A stretch of DNA of 64,000 nt from a virus. Lineage: Duplodnaviria; Caudoviricetes. The notes beneath the pieces were generated by a model. It saw only the letters and a list, made by a program, of their open reading frames with translations, had not been told where the DNA came from and did not search any database. Each line of letters begins with the position of its first letter. The stretch's first letter is position 1. Position numbers and translations under genes: made by a program. Below, one piece after another: positions 28,784 to 38,765 of the stretch. Location: positions 64,001 to 128,000 of the IMG/VR virus record IMGVR_UViG_3300028886_000003; one strand, written 5' to 3'.

Positions 28784-29152
28784 TCATTCTAAATCCTCCT
28801 CATCTAAAATTTTAAAAAAATCCATAGTATCATCTAAATCACTAATCAATTGATCAAGTGTGGCTACTCCACTAAAATCATTATTTACAAAACAATCCTC
28901 TCTAAATGAACCAATTATTTTAAACAAAAGCTGTATATTTTTTTGATTATCTTTTTTTAATCGCTCATTCTCTTCCATCAAATACTTGTTATGTTCTTCA
29001 AATCTTTTAGTTTGATTCCACAAGCTATTACATAACTCAATAACCTCATCAAAATAATCAACATAATAGGTTTTTTTTGTAAGATTATCAGTAAAACTTT
29101 GATCTTCAATCGCTTCAAAACCATCATCAACAAATCGTTCATTTTCACTCAT
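28784..29152 (-). CDS. Paralog-family protein
   Basis: MSENERF...ENERLKK. Confidence 0.65.
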   Translation of the reverse strand: MSENERFVDDGFEAIEDQSFTDNLTKKTYYVDYFDEVIELCNSLWNQTKRFEEHNKYLMEENERLKKDNQKNIQLLFKIIGSFREDCFVNNDFSGVATLDQLISDLDDTMDFFKILDEEDLE

Positions 29153-29154
29153 TA

Positions 29155-29535
29155 TTACAACTCCTTTTTTAAATTTTTTAATGTATTAATACTGTGAATT
29201 ATATTGTGCATAGGACACATTCCATTTTTTTGACCGAAATCATACTTTCTTTGAAGTTTATCAATATTTTTATCAATAATGTTAAATACTCTATCTTTGA
29301 ATTCTTTGTTTTCTTTTTCAAGATTGAAATTCTCGATAACTATTTCATCAGTATTGTTTAAAATTTCAACAATATCATCAATACTATATGCAAAACCTAA
29401 TCTTTGGTTATACACACATTTATTGTTCTGAAAAGCCTTATCATCAGAACATTCTTTACATTCCATTACTATGAATCGTGGTTCACTAGAATTCCATCTA
29501 ATATTATACAATTCATTTATATTTTTTTCAGTCAT
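29155..29535 (-). CDS. Paralog-family protein
   Basis: MTEKN...RFIVMECKECSDD...ENKEFK. Confidence 0.65.
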   Translation of the reverse strand: MTEKNINELYNIRWNSSEPRFIVMECKECSDDKAFQNNKCVYNQRLGFAYSIDDIVEILNNTDEIVIENFNLEKENKEFKDRVFNIIDKNIDKLQRKYDFGQKNGMCPMHNIIHSINTLKNLKKEL

Positions 29536-29731
29536 TCTTTTATCTCCTTTATTTCTAATGTCACTTGAAATGTTTTTCCAGTTTTTTCGCCAGTAAATTC
29601 AAATGTTCTCTTACAAATCCTTAATCTGCTTTCTTTATCTAAATCCCTAATTGCTCCTCTGTGTATTTGATGAATTGCAGATTTTAAACATTGCAAGTCA
29701 TAATAATTTAAATCTATCAAATTTTTATCAG

Positions 29732-29977
29732 TCATTCATATCCCTCAAAACTTTTAGTTTTATCACCCAAGACTTCAATATGTCTTAATCTTTTATTAGG
29801 TTTAGGAATTTCGTTTTTAGTTTTCTTTTTTAACTGTTCACTTTCTTCATGTAATTTATTCATTTCATCACAATATTTCTGTTGCTGTTCTTTACTCGGC
29901 CATACTGTTACTGGTATGATACCAAGAGTATCTTCAACCATATCTCCATATATTTGAAATCGTTTATTTTTAGTCAT
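29732..29977 (-). CDS. Paralog-family protein
   Basis: MTKNKRF...EESEQLKK (start corrected to 29977). Confidence 0.6.
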   Translation of the reverse strand: MTKNKRFQIYGDMVEDTLGIIPVTVWPSKEQQQKYCDEMNKLHEESEQLKKKTKNEIPKPNKRLRHIEVLGDKTKSFEGYE

Positions 29978-30356
29978 TCTAAATCTCCTCAAACATATCA
30001 CATTCAAATACTTCGTCACAATCAATTCCCTTTTTTATAGAACACCAAGTATCCACTTCTCTATCAGATACCCAAGTACCTTTTTGATGTTTACAATCAA
30101 TACATAAACTATATTCTCGTTTTTTAGTCATTCTAATTCCTCAATATTTTCTTTTAATTCATCATAATTATAAATAAATATACTACCAAATTGACAATAA
30201 TACTCCATATCATCTCCAAACTCATCTTGGAGCTTTTCCCAGTCTTCTAAAGGTGTTGCATGAATACATGATTCTAATTTATATTCATCTTCAAAAAACC
30301 ATAATACATATTTTTCATTATTTATTTCAACAATTGAATCTATTAATTTCATTTTT

Positions 30357-30656
30357 CTAACACCTGCCTATACTTATACCTAAAGCAATACCCACACACA
30401 TCATTCCTAATATTTGCTGAATAACATATTCTTTAGTTAAAGGGAAGAATATCCCCCATAATATTAATCCTAAAGCTATTAAAACTATAATCAAACGAAT
30501 TGTAAGCTTCATTCTTTCAGCTTTTTTATTTCTTTTATTCTCGTCATTTAATTCATTTATAACATCTACCAATTCATCTTCACCTATAGGACTAAACTCA
30601 TATTCTCTATCGTTAATTCCAGTTTCATCAAGATAAAATCGTTTATTTTTACTCAT
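30357..30656 (-). CDS. Paralog-family protein with C-terminal TM helices
   Basis: MSKNKRF...INELNDENK followed by two hydrophobic segments. Confidence 0.6.
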   Translation of the reverse strand: MSKNKRFYLDETGINDREYEFSPIGEDELVDVINELNDENKRNKKAERMKLTIRLIIVLIALGLILWGIFFPLTKEYVIQQILGMMCVGIALGISIGRC

Positions 30657-30841
30657 TTTTATCACTCCATTTTCTTATCAAATGTCTTAAAAATGCTTCT
30701 TCATCACTAATCATTGGTTCTTGATTCATCATTTGTTCAAGTATTTCTTCTCTTGTAGGTTTTTCTCCATTATCTATATATAGTATACTCATATGTTTTG
30801 CCCAAGTAGGAAATTGTCTTTCATTCATTCTTTTAACTCCT

Positions 30842-31093
30842 TCATATTTCATTTATACTTATACCTAAATCTTTAAGAACATCAACATAAATACTAATCA
30901 ATTCATTAGCATCTACTAATTGCTCTTTTAATTGTTCATTCTCATTAACAATTTTATTAATCTCGTTACACAATTGCTGTGAATCATATTTTCTTTTACC
31001 ATATTTTTTGCCAGTAGCATTATCTACAATCCCATAATGATTACTTCCAATTGGTATATCATGTTTTACTTCAAATCGTTTATCTTCGGCCAT
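30842..31093 (-). CDS. Paralog-family protein
   Basis: MAEDKRF...NENEQLK. Confidence 0.65.
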   Translation of the reverse strand: MAEDKRFEVKHDIPIGSNHYGIVDNATGKKYGKRKYDSQQLCNEINKIVNENEQLKEQLVDANELISIYVDVLKDLGISINEI

Positions 31094-31217
31094 TTATAAC
31101 CACTTCTTTCTGAATTTGTTACAAGTTTTACCACTGTAGGACACCTGAATATTCCGTAGAGGACAATAAAAATTATAATAATATATACATTGACCACAAG
31201 TACGAGTTTGTTTATTT

Positions 31218-31622
31218 TCAGTCATTCTTTTCCCTCATTAACTTTTTAAATGGATCTGAAAGTTTATACCCTTGTTCTTGTGCAATATCTAACTCATGTA
31301 ACAATATACTATTAAAAGATGAATTATTACAAGCAATTGACTTCCAACGTTCTTTTTCTTTTTTTAATTCTATTAATGCTTGATTTTGTCTATCGAGTTG
31401 CTCATCTTTCTCATTATCAAGTGCTTCCCAGTTTTGTACTAATAATTTTAATGAATTATTTGTCATTTTTAACTCATCATTCTTATTCAACAAATCTGTC
31501 ACTTCTCTATAGGTCATACGCTCTCCATCGCAAAAAATCTCACACTCATTATCTTCTAAATCCTTAAAACCACAAGGATAATCTGCAATAAATGTATGAA
31601 CAGTAAATCGTTTTTTAATCAT
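31218..31622 (-). CDS. Paralog-family protein
   Basis: MIKKRF...VTDLLNKNDELK. Confidence 0.65.
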   Translation of the reverse strand: MIKKRFTVHTFIADYPCGFKDLEDNECEIFCDGERMTYREVTDLLNKNDELKMTNNSLKLLVQNWEALDNEKDEQLDRQNQALIELKKEKERWKSIACNNSSFNSILLHELDIAQEQGYKLSDPFKKLMREKND

Positions 31623-31628
31623 CCTAAA

Positions 31629-31946
31629 TCACCATGCTTTACAAAGTTTTTCAATAGTTTGTTTTAAATTCTCATTCTCTTTTTCCAATCTGTCCACCTT
31701 ACAACCATACTTGATACATAATTTATTTAATTTTTTATTTGCTCTTTTTAATTTATCGATTTCATTATTTTCTAACTCTTTAATTTCTTTTTTTAATTTT
31801 AATCCTTTTTCAAATTCGGCATCAAGTAATGAATGAATATAATCCCTATCATTTTCTAGTTCGGCATAAGATAATCTTAACTTAGATAATTCAATACTTA
31901 ATCGATTATATTCTGTTTTATAATCTATTGCTTTATCATTATTCAT
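31629..31946 (-). CDS. Coiled-coil protein
   Basis: Heptad repeats, ENENLKQ. Confidence 0.55.
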   Translation of the reverse strand: MNNDKAIDYKTEYNRLSIELSKLRLSYAELENDRDYIHSLLDAEFEKGLKLKKEIKELENNEIDKLKRANKKLNKLCIKYGCKVDRLEKENENLKQTIEKLCKAW

Positions 31947-32284
31947 TCTTCCAACTCCTTTTTCAATTCTTCTAATAATTCAATTTCGTCATATATGATA
32001 CTGGATGGCATTCCAGCCCTTACAGCACTACTATAAGCTTCTTCATGTTTCTTTATTTTTCTATTTATTAAATTAAATACTTTATCTAACTCTTCTTGTA
32101 AATATTTATTAGATTGTTTTAATTCTTCAATCTCTTCATTACATGCATCAATTACCCAATCTTTGTCATTTAGCATATTAACTACTTGTTCAACACTGCA
32201 AGATTGTTCGAACTCTGTATCCCAAACCACTTGATCGTATTCATCGAATCCTTTAACCTTAAATCGTTCGTTTTCAATCATCAT
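31943..32284 (-). CDS. Paralog-family protein
   Basis: MMIENERF...; C-terminus shared with 29155..29535. Confidence 0.6.
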   Translation of the reverse strand: MMIENERFKVKGFDEYDQVVWDTEFEQSCSVEQVVNMLNDKDWVIDACNEEIEELKQSNKYLQEELDKVFNLINRKIKKHEEAYSSAVRAGMPSSIIYDEIELLEELKKELEE

Positions 32285-32528
32285 AGATACCTCCTGAAGT
32301 ATAATCTCTTTTTGCTTTATAAAATTGATTATACATCTTATTCCATCTTCCTTTATCTTCATAGTACCATATTAACTCAATTACCATTTTTCTCCAATAT
32401 TCTGCTTCATTTAATAAATTAACAATTTCGCCATAAGTTATCCATTGTCCATTGTCCGCAATTTCTTCACACCCAATACCATCATCAATATCAGGTTCTC
32501 TTAATGTAAATCGTTTATTTTCAGTCAT
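32274..32528 (-). CDS. Paralog-family protein
   Basis: MTENKRF...IVNLLNE. Confidence 0.65.
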   Translation of the reverse strand: MTENKRFTLREPDIDDGIGCEEIADNGQWITYGEIVNLLNEAEYWRKMVIELIWYYEDKGRWNKMYNQFYKAKRDYTSGGIYDD

Positions 32529-32806
32529 TCTAAATCAACTCCTAATTCATCTGCAATATTGTGTATTGCTTCTGTTACATCACCATATGGTTGGTTTAAT
32601 AGCAATACTCTTTCTATATAATAATCCAATTGTTTTTTTAAGACTTTTTTTACTTGTGTCTGTTGTTTTATGTCTTCTTCATTTAACTCATTCAAGAGTT
32701 TTATTAGCAAATCAACATCACCATTGCTAATTATCCAACTCCTTACTAATTTTAAATCAACAATAGTATTCCCATCATATTTAACAAATCTTTTATTTTC
32801 AGTCAT
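32525..32806 (-). CDS. Paralog-family protein
   Basis: MTENKRF...LLNELNEE. Confidence 0.65.
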   Translation of the reverse strand: MTENKRFVKYDGNTIVDLKLVRSWIISNGDVDLLIKLLNELNEEDIKQQTQVKKVLKKQLDYYIERVLLLNQPYGDVTEAIHNIADELGVDLE

Positions 32807-33076
32807 TATAATCAACTCCAAAATTTACCCCATGTTCTTTCAAAAGTTTTATTGTCTTGAACTGAACTAACTGGATTTCGTTTATTCCTACCTGAACGAA
32901 TATTATGCAGCTTCATTCTAACAGGACAATACATACTTCTTGTACTCACTCTTTTTAAATCTTTAAAAGAATAATGAAACAATTGTGATTTCCAAATGCT
33001 TTTTATCGGATTTAAGGGATTACTATAATATCTTTGATGTTTTGAAAATTTTGGCATCCATGTATAAGTCATTCTT

Positions 33077-33469
33077 TCACCACGCAGTAAACCATTCTGC
33101 ATTTCGTATATCCATTCCATGAGATTCTTTATAATCTTTGCAAATACTTCCAATAATTTGTTTTAATTGTTCATTTTCTTCTTTTAGCTCTTCATTCTCA
33201 TTATATAAGTCATAAACTAAATCAGATATTCTTTCTAAATCTATTCCTTTACCTCTTTTCATACCTCTGTCAAATTCTTTGAATGTTAATTTTTCAGTAT
33301 CTAATGTATCTTTCATGTATCTATCTGTTTGACAAACGGCACAGTAACATTGATAAACATTATGTTCATGTTTTGCTAATACCCTCATAGGATATTTACA
33401 TACTGGACATGTCATTCTTATTAATTCGTTATTTTCATCCATATTGACCTCAACATATCTACCAGTCAT
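33077..33469 (-). CDS. Paralog-family protein with Zn-ribbon
   Basis: CPVC..CAVC; ENEELKEENEQLK. Confidence 0.65.
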   Translation of the reverse strand: MTGRYVEVNMDENNELIRMTCPVCKYPMRVLAKHEHNVYQCYCAVCQTDRYMKDTLDTEKLTFKEFDRGMKRGKGIDLERISDLVYDLYNENEELKEENEQLKQIIGSICKDYKESHGMDIRNAEWFTAW

Positions 33470-33780
33470 TCTTTACACTCCTTAACTTCAAAATCTCCAC
33501 AAAATGCCAAATCTATCTTCGAACATTCCTCATGTCCTTTTTTACACTCTGAAACATAATACTTACCATTTTTAACAAGGTATTCATGTTTACATATATC
33601 ACAAACACCATCACCATGCAACAATTGTGTTTTTAACTTCTGATTTTCTTTTTTTAACTGCTCATTCTCATTCAACAAATCAACAACTTCTTTATTTGTT
33701 AAAGGAACACCATTACAGAAAAAACTACCTATATAATGATTCTTTGAAGCAACAAGATATGTAAATCTTTTTTCAGTCAT
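33466..33780 (-). CDS. Paralog-family protein with Cys-rich tail
   Basis: MTEKRF...LLNENEQLKK...CDICKH..ECKKGH. Confidence 0.65.
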   Translation of the reverse strand: MTEKRFTYLVASKNHYIGSFFCNGVPLTNKEVVDLLNENEQLKKENQKLKTQLLHGDGVCDICKHEYLVKNGKYYVSECKKGHEECSKIDLAFCGDFEVKECKE

Positions 33781-34115
33781 TCTTTCACCCTTTCCAACAT
33801 TTCGTTTAAATCTTCTATTTCATAATCCTTACACTCTTTAATCTCACAACATTCATCAGCAGGGTGTCCTTTTAAACATTCAAAATTCCCCTCATGTCCG
33901 AAAAAATCGTTAGTTATCCAATATTTTCCATGTTTACAGTTTTCACAGATTTCATTAAAACACTTGAATTTTATTATTTCTTTTAACACTTCATTCTCTT
34001 TTTTTAACTGCTCATATTCATCAATTAATTCTTTAAATTCATTTTCATAAACATAGATTAAATCATCTTCATTTACTTTACTAACTGTACCATCATCATC
34101 AAATTGCAACATCAT
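33777..34115 (-). CDS. Paralog-family protein with Cys-rich tail
   Basis: EQLKKENE...CENCKH..ECLKGH. Confidence 0.65.
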   Translation of the reverse strand: MMLQFDDDGTVSKVNEDDLIYVYENEFKELIDEYEQLKKENEVLKEIIKFKCFNEICENCKHGKYWITNDFFGHEGNFECLKGHPADECCEIKECKDYEIEDLNEMLERVKE

Positions 34116-34411
34116 TAAATAAGCCCCCTAATGATTTTCATATATTCAGACATAATTTCATTGTCTATTGGTTCTTCTACTTCATTAAACAATTTATTCA
34201 ATCGGTTAAAATTCTCATTTAATGATTCGATTTTCATTCTTAATCTTTGATTATCTTTTCGTAATTGTTCATTTTCATCTACAAGTTTTTCTAATGTAAT
34301 TACATAATAATTTAAAAGATTAACCACTTCTTCAACTGTATCAAAATTATCAAGTGTAACTTTGTCAATTAAAGTACCTGCATCATCAACCATATACCTT
34401 TCAGCACTCAT
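34115..34411 (-). CDS. Paralog-family protein
   Basis: MSAERY...VVNLLN...DENEQLR. Confidence 0.65.
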   Translation of the reverse strand: MSAERYMVDDAGTLIDKVTLDNFDTVEEVVNLLNYYVITLEKLVDENEQLRKDNQRLRMKIESLNENFNRLNKLFNEVEEPIDNEIMSEYMKIIRGLI

Positions 34412-35348
34412 TCTTCTAACTCCTTGACATCTAAAAATTCAAATTCAACAGATTTAAACCAATCATCACAATCATCTTTTACTGCTCCAAGATAGTTGTC
34501 CATTGTTTGCATAACTGCATTTTCCTCATCAGTATCTTCAAATACTACTTTGAAACTACCAGTAATCATATATTCAGTCATTCTTCCACATCCAAGTCCA
34601 TTTCATTAACCATCATCATACCTACACTACAGTTCTCTCTCTGATCTGCATAATACTCCATTGCTTCTAATGAAAACCCTTGCTCATATATTTCTTCTGT
34701 TTCATTATCATACACTACAAACACAGGAACTAAACCATCTTCACACATTTTAAAATTCCTCCCTTTCATAATATTCAAAATCGCACATAGATTCTCCAGT
34801 ACAGTCTGTAAAAAACATATCTATATGCTCTAATGTTTTTTCACAAAAATCAAACATCTGATATTTACAATTATGACAACCATCATACGATTTATTTATT
34901 TCACTCATTATTTCACCCTAAACTCATCTATAGCATCACATAAATTATGATATTCATCTCTTAACCATTTTCTATCATATTCGACTTGTGCTTGTAAATG
35001 TTCTATTTCATCAAAAAATAATTTTGCATTTCTTAATTGACTTTCATGTGCAACTACATTTGTAAATGCTCGACAATATTTGATACAAGCATTATATAAA
35101 TCTAAATCATTCATTTTATTACCTCCTTTTGCCCCATTGATTCTAATTCATTAAGGCGATCTTTAATTTGTTTTACAATTTTATGCATATCATAATCTTC
35201 TTGAGAAGCTTCATTTAGCAAATTAATAATCTCATACAAGTTTAATTTTAATTCTTTTCCTTCAAGATTATCATAAATAACTGCTTTTAGCTCATGAAAA
35301 TGATATTCCCTTAGATCATATCGTTTCTTTTTATCCATTTTAAAACAC

Positions 35349-35786
35349 CTATTTTGGCAATCTTGTTTCAAATCCTTCTTCTGAAACTGTTGTGGATTCA
35401 TAACCTTTTTCAAAATGATCAATAAGATCTTCATCATCTATTCCATCAAACCATTTTTCAATTTTTTTGAACATTTTTTCAAAAAAGTTAATTAAATGTT
35501 CATCAGTATTTATATCTTTAAATGAAGACTTGTTAATTGCAGACATAAGTGTTTTTGATGTAGCATAAGGACATTCTAAGTTTAAACAGGAACTTCCATC
35601 AAAACATTCATTGTTTGAAATATGAGTACTTGTAATAACCATTGGATCAAGATTAGTCATACCTACTAAAGCTACTTTTCTTGTTTTTTTACAAACACCC
35701 CACCATATTTTTGCTTTTACTCTTCTGCCTCCAGGGGTCCTAATTTCATGACCTATCCACCAATATCCAATATTTTCTTTTTGCAT
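35349..35786 (-). CDS. Hypothetical protein
   Basis: 145-aa ORF with GAGGTG RBS. Confidence 0.55.
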   Translation of the reverse strand: MQKENIGYWWIGHEIRTPGGRRVKAKIWWGVCKKTRKVALVGMTNLDPMVITSTHISNNECFDGSSCLNLECPYATSKTLMSAINKSSFKDINTDEHLINFFEKMFKKIEKWFDGIDDEDLIDHFEKGYESTTVSEEGFETRLPK

Positions 35787-36378
35787 TTATTCCACCTCTT
35801 GGTATTTTTTACAATATTTTTCACCATAATATTCATTTGATTTTAAACTTAACACATAATCAATATCATCATCATTTAATCCACGATATTTTAGTAAATG
35901 CCCTACAAGTCTTTTTTTATCAGAATATAGTTCATTTAACTTTTTTGCAATTGTATCACCATCATTGATAGCTCCTACAAATTCTCCATCAAATTCAATG
36001 CAATTCTTGTCTACATTATACTTAAATCTACTCATTTTATTACCTCCTTTTATTTAAAAAAACTTTTGATCATTTCCCATGTATCATGAAAAAGTCCTTG
36101 TTTGTTTATTGCTGCATCAACTGGTAAGTAATATTTTTTATAATCACTATTTTTTAAACAATATTTGCAGCTTTGCATCATACTTCCTGATATTCCTCTA
36201 ACTTTATATCCTGCTAAAGTCCCTCTTATATGAGTTCTTTTATGTCTTTCTCCATTATAAACGCATTCTACATTATAATCGTAATAATCACATTCTTCTT
36301 CTTCAATAATGGATTCTCGTTTGAAACAATAAACATAGTCTTTGTTTTTATCAAGATATACGTATGCATATGTCATTT

Positions 36379-36633
36379 TTAGAACCTCTTTATTTCCATT
36401 GCTCCAGTTGGGCAAAGATGGTTACAAGGAAATGATACTTTTTTTCCATTAATTTCTGCCTCACAATTGCGGCATATTGGATAATCATTTTCATACTCTG
36501 GGCATCCATCATATTCGTCCAATATCATAAAACCTAATGTTCTATATATTTCTTGGTTCATTTCTGTGCATAACTCAATGCATTTATAGCATTTTGTACA
36601 TTTAGATGGGTTTACATAATGATATGTGTCCAT
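36379..36633 (-). CDS. 4Fe-4S ferredoxin-like protein
   Basis: CTKCYKCIELC...CRNC...C..LCPTGA. Confidence 0.7.
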   Translation of the reverse strand: MDTYHYVNPSKCTKCYKCIELCTEMNQEIYRTLGFMILDEYDGCPEYENDYPICRNCEAEINGKKVSFPCNHLCPTGAMEIKRF

Positions 36634-37120
36634 TTAAATCACCTTTATCACTAAAATCCCCATAATTAACATAATACATAATACAAGTATTCCTATGCTA
36701 ATTAAAGGAATTAAATTAAATATTTCTTTATCAATTTGTTTCTTATATCCATCATATTCTACATACTCTTCGTAACTAACATGATGTGGTATGTAACCAT
36801 ATTTTTCATTAAAATATAATTGTGCATCCATATCACCATCTAGACGAACACTCATATTTAATCACCTTTTTCATTTAATTCGTTTAATAAAGCAGTTAAA
36901 GGTTCTAATTCATAAATACCATATGATATTCCCTCTAAATCCTCAATTCTTGCTTCTTCTAAGCAATCTCCCATATGAAAAACAAATCTTTTTGTCATTT
37001 TATCACCTCTAAATCATTCCTATGAGTTTTAAAATAATAATAACTATTCCTACATTTATCATTATAACAAGTTCAACCATAACAATATCAATTATCCAAT
37101 TAAATACTTTATCGCTCATT

Positions 37121-37480
37121 TTATCTCCATCTATTTCTTCTACTGAAATTACTTACTATTTCAGAGAATATACCTTCTTCTAAGTCTTCATCTACTTCTT
37201 TCATTAATTGAGGACTTAATTGACCAAATGCTTCTGCCAAGAAGTTATATTGAGCATCTACCATTGAATATTCATCATGTAATTTTTCATATTCATGCCA
37301 CCATTTATTCGCTAATGCCCTAGTTCGCTCTAATTCTTTTTTTAATTCTACATTTTTTACTTCAAGATCTTTATTGACTTTTTCAAGTGCAATATTAGTA
37401 TCTTTTTGTTGTTTTATTTCTCTATTTAATTCATTATTTTCAGTTACTATCTCTTTTACATATTCCAAACATTCTTTCAT
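37121..37480 (-). CDS. Coiled-coil hypothetical protein
   Basis: GGAGGT RBS, heptad pattern. Confidence 0.55.
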   Translation of the reverse strand: MKECLEYVKEIVTENNELNREIKQQKDTNIALEKVNKDLEVKNVELKKELERTRALANKWWHEYEKLHDEYSMVDAQYNFLAEAFGQLSPQLMKEVDEDLEEGIFSEIVSNFSRRNRWR

Positions 37481-37492
37481 TTTTTATACCTC

Positions 37493-37756
37493 CTACCATA
37501 ATGGACTAAGTAAAATATTTAAATCATCACCATCAAGACTGTTCAATGGCTCTAAGTAAATACCTTTGTCAGCTAATATTGATTCGAAGTTATCAGATGC
37601 TTCGGCTAATAAATCAATTATACGTATTTCGCCCCAAAATGCAGCTTCTTGTCCAAGAGCATGGGTCCAACATGCATGATGTTTTTCCGCTAATTCTGAT
37701 AATGTACAATATTCATCATCTTCTCCTTCTTTTGTTACTTTGTATATTAATGGCAT
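37493..37756 (-). CDS. Hypothetical protein
   Basis: GGAGGT RBS. Confidence 0.55.
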   Translation of the reverse strand: MPLIYKVTKEGEDDEYCTLSELAEKHHACWTHALGQEAAFWGEIRIIDLLAEASDNFESILADKGIYLEPLNSLDGDDLNILLSPLW

Positions 37757-37761
37757 ATTTT

Positions 37762-38232
37762 TTACCTCCAGTGATATTTCATGTCGTCAAGTATTTCTTT
37801 TATAAAGTCGAAACTTAATTGTGCTTCTTCCGGCCACCAAGGATCTACATCTCTTTGTGATTCATAATTATTAGCAACTCTGTAGCATTCGTAACATTGA
37901 TTTTGGTCAATATCGTATAATACTGGGGTTGCCCAGTTACTTGTTATTGCGTAACCGAATTTGGATTCTTCTAATGGTTCTGTTGGTTGTCCATCTTTTA
38001 ATCCTATTGCACTGGTTTCACTCCAGTCGCCTTTGAGGCCGAAAGCTGCATTTTGAATGTCATGTGCGTGTATTAGCATTATTGCTCTTGCCCAATCAAA
38101 TGTTAAAAAGGGTTTATTTTTTTTATATGCTCTTTTTGCTTTGTCTATTTTTTTTAATAAATCCTTTGCTTCTTCATCTGTTAAATCTTCAACAGTTATC
38201 TTTTTTATTGTATCTATATCCACGTATATCAC
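37762..38232 (-). CDS. Hypothetical phage protein
   Basis: FDW.RA...A..GL..DW..T...SNWATPVL motif seen in phage hypotheticals. Confidence 0.55.
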   Translation of the reverse strand: MIYVDIDTIKKITVEDLTDEEAKDLLKKIDKAKRAYKKNKPFLTFDWARAIMLIHAHDIQNAAFGLKGDWSETSAIGLKDGQPTEPLEESKFGYAITSNWATPVLYDIDQNQCYECYRVANNYESQRDVDPWWPEEAQLSFDFIKEILDDMKYHWR

Positions 38233-38717
38233 CTTATTTGATTTTTTAAGTATTCTACAAATTCTCTTAATAGTAATCTTTCGCCATATGAATGATCTTT
38301 TTTGGCGGCGTAATTATAGAATTGTAATTCGATTATTTCTAACATTTTGTCTTTGTCTGTTAGTGTTTCTTTTACATATTTGTTTTCTTTAGTTAGCATT
38401 TTTACCTCTTTGTCTAAGGTATTTGCGATGTCTATGAATTGATCTAAAGAAAGTTCGTATCTCATTTTTGAGTCATATATTTTGTCTTTTTTGAACATTT
38501 TTGGCCTACAAGTAAATCTTTTCATTTTAAATCCTCTATTGTCATGTTAAACATTACTTTTGCATTACCGCGTAAGTTTTTACGTATATAGTCAAGATCT
38601 GATTGAGGTAAATGCCTTAGTAATTTTTTATGTTTTTCAAATGATCCATCTTGTAAGTCTAAAACTATGTCTTTTAATGCTGCCATATTTTATCACGCTC
38701 CTTTAATATAGTATTGT

Positions 38718-38742
38718 TTAAACTCATATATAAATGTTTCTA
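38718..38742 (-). promoter_or_regulatory. TATA promoter heading the small-gene array; identical to 27745-27769
   Basis: minus TAGAAACATTTATATATGAGTTTAA. Confidence 0.75.
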
Positions 38743-38765
38743 AAAAAAAATATGTTAAGAGAAAG

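Larger units (their letters stand above)
27770..38525 (-). other. Array of about 35 small, translationally coupled ORFs, many sharing an M(T/S)EN(K)RF start and/or LNEL..ENEQLK coiled coil
   Basis: Repeated DNA start motif GAATGACTGAAAA(TA)AACGATTT and repeated GAGAATGA(G/A)CA(G/A)TTAAAA. Confidence 0.8.
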
